Part shown: positions 39,784-50,688 of the stretch, one piece after another
Position numbering within the stretch: the stretch's first letter is position 1
Layout of the letters: every line of letters begins with the position of its first letter
Origin: an uncultured delta proteobacterium
GTDB lineage: Bacteria > Myxococcota_A > UBA9160 > SZUA-336
Assembly: GCA_963704165.1 (NCBI GenBank)
Contig: CAVPHD010000001.1
Location: 256,001 to 320,000, forward strand
DNA: 64,000 nt
Direction of reading: 5' to 3'
Notes under the pieces: generated by a model
Database searches by the model: none
The model's input: only the letters and a program-made list of their open reading frames with translations
What the model was told of the DNA's origin: nothing
Translations under genes and position numbers: made by a program

Positions 39784-40782
39784 ATGAGCACCCCCCACCG
39801 GATCTTTGGCGGCGAGATGTCCCCCTACTCCGTGAAGGTACGTTCGTACTTTCGCTACAAGGGAATCCCGCACCGCTGGATCGTGCGCAACATGGAGAGC
39901 CAGGCCGAGTACGGCAAGTACGCGAAGATCCCGATCGTCCCTCTGGTCGTCACGCCGGCCGACGAGGGCATTCAGGATTCGACGCCGATCATCGAGCGGA
40001 TCGAGACCGAGCACCCCGCTCCGTCGATCCACCCCTCCGAGCCCGTCGCCGCCTTCGTCTCTGCGTTGCTCGAGGAGTTCGGCGACGAGTGGGGCAACAA
40101 GTGGATGTTCCACTACCGCTGGGCGCGCGAGGTCGACCAGATCGCGTCCGCTGGTCGGATCGCGCGGGGAATGATGCCCGCCGCGAGCGACGAGCAGATC
40201 GCGGTCATGACGAATCAGATCCGCGAACGCATGGTGAGTCGCGTCTTCTTCGTCGGCTCGAGCGCGCAGACCGCTCCGCAGATCGAATCGTCGTTTCGCG
40301 AAGCGATCACGCTTCTCGACGCACACCTCGCGAACCGCCCCTATCTGATGGGCGCTCGGCCGTCGTTTGGCGACTTCGGGGTCTGGGCACAGCTCTACGA
40401 GGCGTGGACCGATCCCACCGCGGGCGCGCTGATCGAGGGCGGTGCGCAGCGGGTGCTCGACTGGCTGCACCGGATGCTCTGGCCGCGCGCCGAAGGCGAG
40501 TTCGAATCCTTCGCCGACCTCGAGCCGACGCTTCTGCCGCTGCTCTCGCGCCAGGTCGGGCGGCTCTTCCTGCCCTGGTCGGTCGCGAACGCGGCCGCGA
40601 TCGGCGCCGGGCGCGAGGAGTTCAGCGTCGAGCTCGACGGAAAGACCTGGACCCAGAAGCCGCAGAAGTACCACGCGAAGTCGCTGCAGGTGCTGCACGA
40701 GAAGTACGCATCGGTGCGCGACAAGGCCTCCCTCGACGCCGTGCTCGAGCGCGCCGGTTGTCTCGCGGGGCTGCGCGCTTGA
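39784..40782 (+). CDS. Long-form glutathione S-transferase-family protein (SPYS type)
   Basis: [49 protein letters not shown]. Confidence 0.87.
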   Translation: MSTPHRIFGGEMSPYSVKVRSYFRYKGIPHRWIVRNMESQAEYGKYAKIPIVPLVVTPADEGIQDSTPIIERIETEHPAPSIHPSEPVAAFVSALLEEFGDEWGNKWMFHYRWAREVDQIASAGRIARGMMPAASDEQIAVMTNQIRERMVSRVFFVGSSAQTAPQIESSFREAITLLDAHLANRPYLMGARPSFGDFGVWAQLYEAWTDPTAGALIEGGAQRVLDWLHRMLWPRAEGEFESFADLEPTLLPLLSRQVGRLFLPWSVANAAAIGAGREEFSVELDGKTWTQKPQKYHAKSLQVLHEKYASVRDKASLDAVLERAGCLAGLRA

Positions 40783-41462
40783 TCGATCTCTACACGTCGC
40801 CGACGCCGAACGGACACAAGGCGTCCGTCACGCTCGAGGAGCTCGGGCTCCGCTACGAGACGCACGCGATCGACCTCTCGAAGAACGTCCAGAAGGAGCC
40901 GTGGTTCCTGGCGCTGAATCCGAACGGGCGGATCCCGGTGATCGTCGACCGCGATCTCGACGACCTCGCGGTCTTCGAGACCGGCGCGATCATGATTCAC
41001 CTCGCCGAGAAGACCGGGCGCTTGCTGCCGACCGCGCCGGCGCCGCGCGCGCGCGTGATCGAGTGGCTGATGTTCCAGATGGGCGGGATCGGCCCGATGA
41101 TGGGGCAGGCGAACGTCTTCTTCCGCTACTTCCCCGAGAAGATCCAACCCGCGATCGACCGCTACCAGAACGAGTCGAGAAGGCTCTTCGAGGTGCTCGA
41201 CCGGCGGCTCGGCGAGAGCGAATGGCTCGGCGACGACTTCTCGATCGCCGACATCGCGAACTGGTGTTGGGTTCGCACCTACAAGTGGTCGGGGGTCTCG
41301 ATCGACGGACTCGCGAGCCTGCGCCGCTGGCTCGACGCGATGAAGGCGCGGCCCGCGTGCCAGCGCGGAATCGACGTTCCCTTCGCCGTCAAGAGCCTGC
41401 TCGCCGACGAGAAGGCAACCCAGGAATTCGCAGAACGCGCGCGCAGTACGCTGCAGCGTTGA
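40779..41462 (+). CDS. Nu-class (YfcG/YghU-like) glutathione S-transferase
   Basis: TTGA overlap; [42 protein letters not shown]. Confidence 0.92.
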   Translation: MIDLYTSPTPNGHKASVTLEELGLRYETHAIDLSKNVQKEPWFLALNPNGRIPVIVDRDLDDLAVFETGAIMIHLAEKTGRLLPTAPAPRARVIEWLMFQMGGIGPMMGQANVFFRYFPEKIQPAIDRYQNESRRLFEVLDRRLGESEWLGDDFSIADIANWCWVRTYKWSGVSIDGLASLRRWLDAMKARPACQRGIDVPFAVKSLLADEKATQEFAERARSTLQR

Positions 41463-41481
41463 TCCACAGAAAGGAATCGTG

Positions 41482-42533
<1,052 letters not shown>

Positions 42534-44186
42534 ATGAAGTGGTTGCTTCGCGGCGTGGCGATCGTCGCGCTGCTCGCGGGCGTGGCCTGGCTCTACCAGG
42601 TGGAGATCCTGCTCGCGGTGGTCGAGCGCCGTGCGCAGAGCCAGTTCACGGTCGGTCCGAACCAGCCGATCCAGTGGGCGACCGGCGCGGATCCGGCGGG
42701 GCGGGCGCCGACTGAGCGGCCGCCCAACATCGTCGTGATTCTCGCCGACGATCTCGGCTGGAACGACATCAGCTTGAACGGCGGTGGCGTCGCCGGCGGG
42801 AGCGTCACGACGCCGAACATCGACTCGCTCGCGAAGGCCGGCGTCAACTTCGAAGCCGGCTACGCGGCCAACGCCACCTGCGCGCCATCGCGCGCCGCGC
42901 TCCTCTCGGGGCGCTACGGCACGCGCTTCGGCTTCGAGTTCACGCCGACCCCCGCCGGCATGACGACGATCGTGCCGCGCATCGCGAACCGCACGCCCGG
43001 CATCCTCCGGCCCGTCATCGTCAACGAGGGCGAGCAGGTTCCGTTCGACAGCGTCGGCATGCCCCCATCGGAGATCACGATCGCGGAGCTGCTCAAGCAG
43101 GCGAACTACCACACCGTGCACATCGGCAAGTGGCACGTCGGCGGCGAGAACGGCATGGCCGCGGAGGATCAGGGCTTCGACGAGAGCCTCGACATGCGCA
43201 GCGGGCTCTACCTGCCCAAGGATCATCCCGACGTCGTGAACTCGATGCAGGATTTCGATCCCATCGACCGGTTCTTGTGGCGAGCGCTCCGCTTCGCGGC
43301 CAGGTTCAACGGTGGAGACGCGTTCGAGCCCGCGAAGTATCTGACCGACTACTACACCGATCAGGCGGTCGCGGTCATCGAGGCGAACCGGGACCGACCC
43401 TTCTTCCTGTACCTCGCCCACTGGGCACCGCACACGCCGCTCCAGGCGACGCGCGAGGACTACGACGCCGTCGCGCACATCTCCGATCACCGCCAACGGG
43501 TCTACGCCGCGATGATTCGTGCGCTCGACCGCGGCATCGGACGCGTGATCGAGGCGCTGCGCGCGAACGGGCTCGAGGAGAACACGCTCGTGTTCTTCAC
43601 CTCCGACAACGGCGCGCCGAACTACATCGGACTTCCCGAGGTGAACCAACCGTACCGCGGCTGGAAGATCACGTTCTTCGAGGGCGGCATTCACGTGCCG
43701 TATTTCCTGAAGTGGCCGGCGCGGATCCCCGCGGGCACGACCTACGACGCACCCGTCCAGGGCTTCGACATCTACGCGACCGCGGCCGCCGCCGCGGGCG
43801 TGCCGCTACCGACGGATCGTGTGATCGACGGCGTCGATCTCGTGCCGTTTGCGCGCGGCGAGCGCGAGGGCGTGCCGCACGAGCGGCTGTTCTGGCGCTC
43901 GGGACACAGCCAGGTCGCCCTCGTCGACGGATGGAAATTGCAGGTGAACGAGCGCCCGCCGGGAACCGAGTGGCTCTTCAATCTGCGCGAGGACCCGACC
44001 GAGCAGACCAACCTCGCGCCGAGCGAACCCGAGCGCGTGGCGGAGCTCCGGCGCGCCCTGATCGCGCACAACGCCGAGCAGGTGCCACCCGCCTGGCCGT
44101 CGCTGATCGAGATGTCGGTCAGCATCGACAAGACTCTGCTCGACGCCCAGGCCGCGGACGACGAGTACATCTACTGGCCGAACTGA
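42534..44186 (+). CDS. Sulfatase (formylglycine-dependent), N-terminally anchored or exported
   Basis: PNIVVILADDLGWND, CAPSRAALLSG, GKWH, HWAPHTP, SDNG, EGGIHVP. Confidence 0.93.
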   Translation: MKWLLRGVAIVALLAGVAWLYQVEILLAVVERRAQSQFTVGPNQPIQWATGADPAGRAPTERPPNIVVILADDLGWNDISLNGGGVAGGSVTTPNIDSLAKAGVNFEAGYAANATCAPSRAALLSGRYGTRFGFEFTPTPAGMTTIVPRIANRTPGILRPVIVNEGEQVPFDSVGMPPSEITIAELLKQANYHTVHIGKWHVGGENGMAAEDQGFDESLDMRSGLYLPKDHPDVVNSMQDFDPIDRFLWRALRFAARFNGGDAFEPAKYLTDYYTDQAVAVIEANRDRPFFLYLAHWAPHTPLQATREDYDAVAHISDHRQRVYAAMIRALDRGIGRVIEALRANGLEENTLVFFTSDNGAPNYIGLPEVNQPYRGWKITFFEGGIHVPYFLKWPARIPAGTTYDAPVQGFDIYATAAAAAGVPLPTDRVIDGVDLVPFARGEREGVPHERLFWRSGHSQVALVDGWKLQVNERPPGTEWLFNLREDPTEQTNLAPSEPERVAELRRALIAHNAEQVPPAWPSLIEMSVSIDKTLLDAQAADDEYIYWPN

Positions 44187-44204
44187 GGCGCGCTCGGCTT
44201 CGGA

Positions 44205-45470
44205 TCAGCTCGCGCGGAGCAGGAGCAGGAGCGCTGCGGCTCCCGTGGCGGCGACCGCCATCAACGTCGTCGCGACGCGACGCGCGAAGGGGCTGCGCCC
44301 CACGACGAGAAGAATGCCGACCTTGCCGAGCGTCGTGAAGATCGCGACGACGACGACCGCGAGCGCCGCGGTCTCGATCGGGATCCGGCCGTCCACCGAG
44401 AGGCGAGCGAGCGAGAGGCTGGGCGCGTCGGCGCCGATCAGCGCGGAAACGGCCGAGACGCCGAAGACTCCCGGGTCGCCGAACGCGTCGCCCGTGGCCG
44501 CGAGCAGGAGCGTCACCGAAGCGTAGACGGCGGCGAACGTGATCGCGACGCGCATCGTCAGCGGATTCTCGAATGCGTGCCGCTCGGTCACGGAATCACT
44601 GCGCGCGTGACGCGCAAAGCCGAGCAGGAGCCCGACGGCGAGCATCGCAGCGAGGGGGAAGGCGACGCGCCGGGCGAGCTCGGGCGAGATGATCCAGAGC
44701 ATCACGCCCATGCGAAGAAACGCGGTCGAAGCCGCGAGCGCGATCAGGACCTCGTAGTGGCGTGCGTGCGCAACCCCGCGCCCGGCGCGTGCGTAGGCGA
44801 GCGCCGCGGCCGTGCTCGAGACCAGGCCGCCGAGCAGACCCGTCAGCATGTGACTCGCGGCGCCGGCGCGCACGCGCATCAGCACGTACCCGACGAACGA
44901 GATGCCCGAGATCAGCACGACCATTCGCCAGACGTCGCGCGGGCGCAGGACTCCGTACCATGGATCGACGGCCGTATCGGGGAGCAGCGGAAAGACGATG
45001 CCGGTGATGACGAGGAAGCGGATCAGCGCCTCCATGTCGGTCGGCGAGAGCAGATCCGAGACACGGTGCAGGGTCCGCTTCGAGCGGAGCAGAACCACCA
45101 TCACGATCGTGACCACGGTCGCGACGAGTCCCTCTCCCGCCTGCGAGAGCGCGCCGACCGAGAACGTGCACAGGCTCGCGACCTCGGTCGTGTAGCCGGG
45201 GTCGAGATTCTTCTCGGTGTCGAAGCGATATCGCAGCACCAGGAAGACCGCGGACGCCGCGAAGAGCGCCACCGCCATCAGCGGATGCACCGAGTTCGCC
45301 ACCAGCACCGAGAGCGCGCCGAGCAAGGCCATGAACGCAAACGTGCGTACGCCGGGGAAGTCCTTCTTGTCCCCGCTCTCGCTCTGCGCGACCTGGCGTT
45401 CGAGTCCGACGAGCGCGCCGAGGCAGATCGCGACGAACGTCGGCAGGAGCGTGTGAAGCGTATCCGGGAT
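44205..45470 (-). CDS. MgtC/SapB plus DUF4010 membrane protein (probable ATC start)
   Basis: GALVGLER, PGVRTF, GYTTEVA, PLLPD, WRMVVLISGISFVGY, GGLVSSTA. MgtC motif lies upstream of ATG 45332. Confidence 0.88.
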   Translation of the reverse strand: MPDTLHTLLPTFVAICLGALVGLERQVAQSESGDKKDFPGVRTFAFMALLGALSVLVANSVHPLMAVALFAASAVFLVLRYRFDTEKNLDPGYTTEVASLCTFSVGALSQAGEGLVATVVTIVMVVLLRSKRTLHRVSDLLSPTDMEALIRFLVITGIVFPLLPDTAVDPWYGVLRPRDVWRMVVLISGISFVGYVLMRVRAGAASHMLTGLLGGLVSSTAAALAYARAGRGVAHARHYEVLIALAASTAFLRMGVMLWIISPELARRVAFPLAAMLAVGLLLGFARHARSDSVTERHAFENPLTMRVAITFAAVYASVTLLLAATGDAFGDPGVFGVSAVSALIGADAPSLSLARLSVDGRIPIETAALAVVVVAIFTTLGKVGILLVVGRSPFARRVATTLMAVAATGAAALLLLLRAS

Positions 45471-45517
45471 GGCTTGCCCTCCCCTAACTAATGGACCGGA
45501 TCGGCTACGCTAGCGCC

Positions 45518-46438
45518 ATGCTGGACCCATCGATTCGCGAGCGGAAGGTGCAGGCGAACGGTTTGCGCTTTCACGTGCTCGAGACGGGATCGGGTGATCG
45601 GCTCGCACTCTGTCTACACGGATTTCCCGAGCTCGGCTTCTCGTGGCGGCACCAGCTTCCGGTCCTGGCGGAGCTGGGCTTTCGCGCCTGGGCGCCAGAT
45701 CTCCGCGGATACGGCGGCACCGACCGCCCGCAGGGCCTGCACGAATACGCGATCGAGAAGTTGATGGACGACGTCGCCGGACTGATCGACGCATCGGGCG
45801 CGAAAGAGACGGTGCTCCTGGCGCACGACTGGGGCGGCGCGATCGCGTGGTCGTTCGCGCTGCGGCGCATCCGCCCGCTGGCGCGCCTGATCGTGATGAA
45901 CCTGCCCCATCCCGCCGTCTTCGAGCGCGTGATGCGGAGCGGCTGGCGACAACGTCTGCGCTCCTGGTACATGCTCTTCTTCCAGATCCCGTGGCTGCCC
46001 GAGCGGCTGCTCGCGATGCGTCGCGCCCGCGCGGTGACCGAGGCCTTCCGCGGCATGGCGGTCGACAAGAGTCAGTTCCCCGAAGAGGTGCTCGACGTCT
46101 ACCGCCGCGCCGCCCTCGAGCCGGGTGCGCTCACCGCGATGCTCAACTACTACCGCGCGATCGTGCGCGGCGGCGGCGGACGGCGCATGCGCAGCTTCGG
46201 CTACCCGATCATCGAGACGCCGACGCTGATGGTCTGGGGTGAGCAGGACACGGCGCTCGGCGTCGAGCTGACCCACGGCACGGAGGAATTCGTGCCGGAT
46301 CTTTCGCTGCGCCGTCTGCCGAACGCCTCGCACTGGGTGCAGCAGGACGCGCCCGATGCCGTGAACGCGATCCTGCGCGAGTGGCTGGCTACGGATTCTT
46401 CGACTGGTTCTTCGGCACGTCGCGAAACGGGCGCGTGA
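45518..46438 (+). CDS. Alpha/beta hydrolase, epoxide hydrolase-like
   Basis: HGFPE, PDLRGYG, nucleophile AHDWGG, NYYRA, WGEQD, ASHWVQQD. Confidence 0.92.
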   Translation: MLDPSIRERKVQANGLRFHVLETGSGDRLALCLHGFPELGFSWRHQLPVLAELGFRAWAPDLRGYGGTDRPQGLHEYAIEKLMDDVAGLIDASGAKETVLLAHDWGGAIAWSFALRRIRPLARLIVMNLPHPAVFERVMRSGWRQRLRSWYMLFFQIPWLPERLLAMRRARAVTEAFRGMAVDKSQFPEEVLDVYRRAALEPGALTAMLNYYRAIVRGGGGRRMRSFGYPIIETPTLMVWGEQDTALGVELTHGTEEFVPDLSLRRLPNASHWVQQDAPDAVNAILREWLATDSSTGSSARRETGA

Positions 46439-47642
46439 CTTCGATCTGCGGATCCTTCGGAAGACCTAGAACGCGCTCCGAGACGATGTTGCGCTGGATC
46501 TCGTCGGTGCCGCCGGCGATCGAGACCGCGGGCACCGAGAGCAGGATCTCGGCGACGAGGCCATCGAGCGGTCCGTCGCTTCCCGCGAGCATCGCGTCGC
46601 TGCCGCTGATCAGCGTGTGCACGTGCGAGGCCGCGCGCGCGATCTCGCTCGCGTAGAGCTTTCCGAGCGAGCCCTCGGGACCGGGCGGCCGTCCGAGCAC
46701 GCGCGCGGCCTTGGCGCGGCGTCCCGTCCATTCCGCGGAACGCGCGAGCGAGAGCAGCGCGGCGATCGCCTGACGCACCGCCGGATCCGTGTTTCTACCG
46801 GTCGCCTTCGCGCGCTCGACGACGAGATCTACGCGTCCGGCGCGCTGCGGATACCACTTGTACGGCTCCATGAGCTCGGCGATCTCCGCGCGGTTCTCGT
46901 CGATCGCGCGACCCCGACCCTTCGGTGAGCGACCGCGCGCCTGGATCGCGTCGAACGAGCGGCGCTCGTGCGCGAGCGTGGCGAGCGCCACCGTCCAGCC
47001 GTTGCCGACCTCGCCGATCGCGTTCGCCGCCGGCACGCGCGCATCGTTGAAGAAGACCTCGTTGAACGACGCGTAGCCGTTCATCTGACGCAGTGGCCGG
47101 ACGACGACGCCGGGCTGGTGCATCTCGATCGCGAAGTAGCTGATGCCGTGGTGCTTCGGCACGTCCCAGTTCGTTCGCGCGAGCAGCATTCCGTAGCGCG
47201 CGTGGTGCGCGCTCGTGGTCCAGAGCTTCTGACCGTTGACGACCCACTCGTAGCCGTCGAGCTCGGCGCGCGTCGTGAGCCCGGCGAGATCGGATCCGCT
47301 GCCCGGCTCGCTGAAGAGCTGGCACCAGGTGTCCTCGCCGGTGACGATCGGCCGCAAGAGCCGCTCCTTCAGGTCGTCGGAGCCGTGCTCGAGGATCGTC
47401 GGCGCGGCCAGCGTCATGCCGCCACCGCTCGGTGTACCCACCGCGCCGATCCGGTCGAACTCCTCGGCCACCACGTCGCCGAGCGCGACCGGAAGCCCGC
47501 GGCCGTACCAGCGCGCCGGCCAGGTCGGGCAACCCCAGCCGGAGTCGGCGAGTCGATTGCGCCACTCGATGAGCGAGAGCTCCGGATCCCAGTTCGCTTC
47601 GAGCCAGGCGCGGACTTCGCGGCGCACGTCTTCGGCGTTCAT
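46389..47642 (-). CDS. Acyl-CoA dehydrogenase-family protein
   Basis: WCQLFSEPGSGSDLA, NGQKLWT, FNEVFF, LAHER, IAGGTDEIQRNI. Confidence 0.93.
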   Translation of the reverse strand: MNAEDVRREVRAWLEANWDPELSLIEWRNRLADSGWGCPTWPARWYGRGLPVALGDVVAEEFDRIGAVGTPSGGGMTLAAPTILEHGSDDLKERLLRPIVTGEDTWCQLFSEPGSGSDLAGLTTRAELDGYEWVVNGQKLWTTSAHHARYGMLLARTNWDVPKHHGISYFAIEMHQPGVVVRPLRQMNGYASFNEVFFNDARVPAANAIGEVGNGWTVALATLAHERRSFDAIQARGRSPKGRGRAIDENRAEIAELMEPYKWYPQRAGRVDLVVERAKATGRNTDPAVRQAIAALLSLARSAEWTGRRAKAARVLGRPPGPEGSLGKLYASEIARAASHVHTLISGSDAMLAGSDGPLDGLVAEILLSVPAVSIAGGTDEIQRNIVSERVLGLPKDPQIEVTRPFRDVPKNQSKNP

Positions 47643-48756
47643 CCCAGCCCCCAGTACTGCGCGAGGCGTTCGCGGTGGAAGACCGGATCGCCGAGGAAGA
47701 CCTCGCTCGCCTTCGCGCGTTTGAAATAGAGGTGGACGTCCTGCTCCCAGGTGAAGCCGAGCCCGCCGTGGATCTGGATCGCCTCGGCCGCGATCCGCAG
47801 GAACGCATCCGAGCCCTGCGCCTTCGCGAGCGACGCCGCCATCGGAAGTTCGGCCTCGGACTCGCTCGCAGCTTCTGCGGCGTAGTACGCCGACGAGCGC
47901 GCGAGCTCGAGCGCGAGCAGCATGTCGGCGCACTTGTGCTTGATCGCCTGGAACGAGCCGATCGGCCGGCCGAACTGAACGCGCGCCTTCGCGTAGTCGA
48001 CGGTCATCTCGAGAAGTCGCTGCGCGCTGCCGGCCATCTCGTTCGCGAGCGCCACGCACGCCTGATCGATCGTCTTCGCGAGCGCGGATTCCCCAGCGCC
48101 GACTTCGCCCAGGAGTTCCGCGCGCGCGCCGTCGAAGTCGATCCGCGCGAGCTTCCGCGTCGGATCGATCACCGCGAGCGGTCGGCGCGAGACGCCCCGA
48201 GCATCGGCGCGCAGGCTGAAGAAACCGAGCCCGGCCGGTGCGCGCGCGACGACGATCAGAAGCTCCGCGCCGCATCCGTCGAGCACGAAGGACTTCTCGC
48301 CGTGGAGTGTCCAGCCGGACCGTCGCTGCGCGCTTCGAGCCGGATTCCCGACGCGTCCCACGCGCCGCTCGACTCCGCGATCGCAAGCGTCGCGAGCGTC
48401 TCGCCGGAGGCGATCCCCGGCAGGAGCTTCTGCTTCTGCTCCTCGCTCGCCGCGTTCAGGATCGCGTTCGCGGCCATCACGACCGACGCGAAGAACGGCC
48501 CGCAGTACAGCGCCCGGCCCATCTCCTCGAGCACGATGCCGAGCTCGACGGTGCCGAATCCCTGACCGCCGTAGGTCTCGGGAATCTGCACGCCGGGAAG
48601 CGCGAGCTCCTGCGAGAGCTGCTTCCAGACGCCGGGCTCGTAGCCTTCGGCCGTCTCCATCAGGCGCCGCGCCTCGGCGATCGGCGACGTCGTCTCGAGG
48701 AACCGTCGCACGACGCGTCGGAGCTCCTCCTGTTCCTCGCTGAAGTGGAAACGCAT
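47639..48756 (-). CDS. Acyl-CoA dehydrogenase-family protein, short partner type (frameshift ~48318)
   Basis: FSEEQEELR, LEEMGR, RVQFGRPIGSFQAIKHKCADM, QIHGGLGFTWE. Confidence 0.9.
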
Positions 48757-48774
48757 GGGATCGCCTCGCGGGTG

Positions 48775-50656
48775 TCAGGGCTCGACGATCGCGAAGCCCG
48801 ATTGGAACGTGTCGAGATTCCCGAAGACGGTGACGAGAGCCGCTCCGTCGCCGTCGAGCTTCACGTCACCGGCTCGGAGCGCGTCCTCGAACGTCGCGTC
48901 CCCTGCGATGATCGAGAGGAAGCGCGCACGCGTGAGCGAGACGCTCGCGGCGGCGGCGGGCTCGTGACGACCCTTCACCGAGTGGAGCGTGCGATTCGAG
49001 AGCGCGAGCGCCCAGCGCTCGTCGATGTCGGTGAACGTGAAGTTGATCGCGAGCGAGGTGCCGCCGACGGCCTCGGCGCGGAGCCGGATCGCGATCGCAT
49101 CGAAGGCCTGCTCGATCGTCAGCGCCGCGACCAGGCCCGAACGCAGGATCGGACGAGCGGGCGGAGGGCCCCGCCGGAGCTCTTGCGCGCCGGTGAGGTA
49201 CGCGTTGCGGAACGTCGCCGACTCCGTCTGGTAGCCGAGCTGCTCGAGCGCGTCGGCCCCGAGCTCGCGCGCCTCCGAGTTCCGAGGCTCGGCGAAGACG
49301 AGGTGATTCACGACCTCGGCCACCCAGCGGTAGTCGCCCTGCTCGAACGACGCGCGCGCCTTCGCGAGCAGCGCCTTTGCACCGCCCATGAATTCGACGT
49401 ATCGCGAAGCGGCTTCGACCGGCGGGTGCGCGTGCAGACGCGACGGGTTTCCGTCGTACCAGCTCAGGTAGCGCTGATAGACGGCCTTCGCGTTGTGGAC
49501 CAGATCGCCGTAGTAGCCGCGCGTGTGACCGTGCGCGAGGAACTCGGGCGGAAGCTCGAGCTTCTCCGCGATCTCGGGCGCGGTCAGGCCGTGGTTCGCG
49601 AAGCGCAGCGTCTGATCGTGCATGAAACGGTACAGGTCGCGCTGCAGCGCGAGGTAGCCGCGCACGTCGTCTCCGCCCCAGCGCGGCCAGTGGTGCGACG
49701 CGAAGAAGAGCTCGGTGCGCGAGCCGAAGAGCTCGATCGCCTCGCCGATGTACTTCGACCAGTTCAGCGCGTTGCGCACCTGCGCGCCGCGGATCGGCAC
49801 CAGGTTGTGCATGGTGTGCGTGCAATTCTCCGCCATGCAGAGCCAGCCGTGGTCGGGAAAGAAGAAGTTCATCTCCGCCGGGGCTTCGGTTTCGGGCGTG
49901 AGCTGGAAGACGATGCGCACGCCGTCGACGACGAGCTCCTGTCCGGTTCTGCGTGATGTCCTCGGTGGGCGCGATCAGGCCCGGCGGATCGAACGGGATC
50001 GACTTGCCGAGCCCCGCATCGACCTGGCCGCGCGGACCCGGCGGAAGCAGCGGACCGAACTGGTAGGCCGCGCGGCGCGCCATCGCGGGACCCGCGAGCA
50101 AGTTCTCGGAAACCGCCTGGAACAGGAAACCTTCGGGTGCGATCACGCGACAGCGCCCGGCCGCCACCTCTTCCGCACGGGTCACGCCGAGCACGCCGCC
50201 GAAGTGGTCCGCGTGGGAGTGCGTGTAGATCACGGCCGTGACCGGCCGCGCGCCGAGCTTCTCGTTCGCGAGCTCGAGACACGCCTTCGCGCACGAGGCG
50301 CTCGTCAGCGGATCGATCACGACCCAGCCCTTTTCACCGGCGACGAACGAGACGTTCGAGATGTCGTAGCCGCGGGCCTGCCAGAGTCCCGGCGCAACCT
50401 CGAAGAGCCCGTCGATCGTGTTGAGTCGCGCCTGCCGCCAGAGACTCGGGTTCACGGTTTCGGGCGCGTCGCCGTCGATGAACGCGTAGCGCGCGAGATC
50501 CCAGGCGGGACCGAAGGGACCCTCGATCCGACCGGTCGGGTGGCGCGCGATGAGGCCGCGCGAGGCGCGCTCGAAGTCGCCCGGATCGAGGTCGAAGCGG
50601 ACGTCGGCGTTGGCGTTTCGGGTGTGCGAGGTCGCGGGTTTGGGCTCGGTGCTCAT
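48775..50656 (-). CDS. Alkyl/aryl sulfatase, SdsA1/BDS1 family (MBL + dimerisation + SCP2-like; frameshift ~49948)
   Basis: TVNPSLWRQA, RGYDISN, THSHADHFGG, TEAPAEM, HNLVPIRGAQVR, SHHWP, RGYYG, WYDGNP, RNAYL. Confidence 0.93.
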
Positions 50657-50688
50657 GGTCGCATTCTGAACCAAACCGGCGTTCGGCG

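Noticed and set aside
29053..40782. Apparent giant fusion proteins in the ORF track (29053-31986, 32780-36070, 37858-40782, 37888-40698)
   Set aside because: These are real genes extended by stop-free upstream frames or by a frameshift; internal starts with SD or overlap signals define the true genes.
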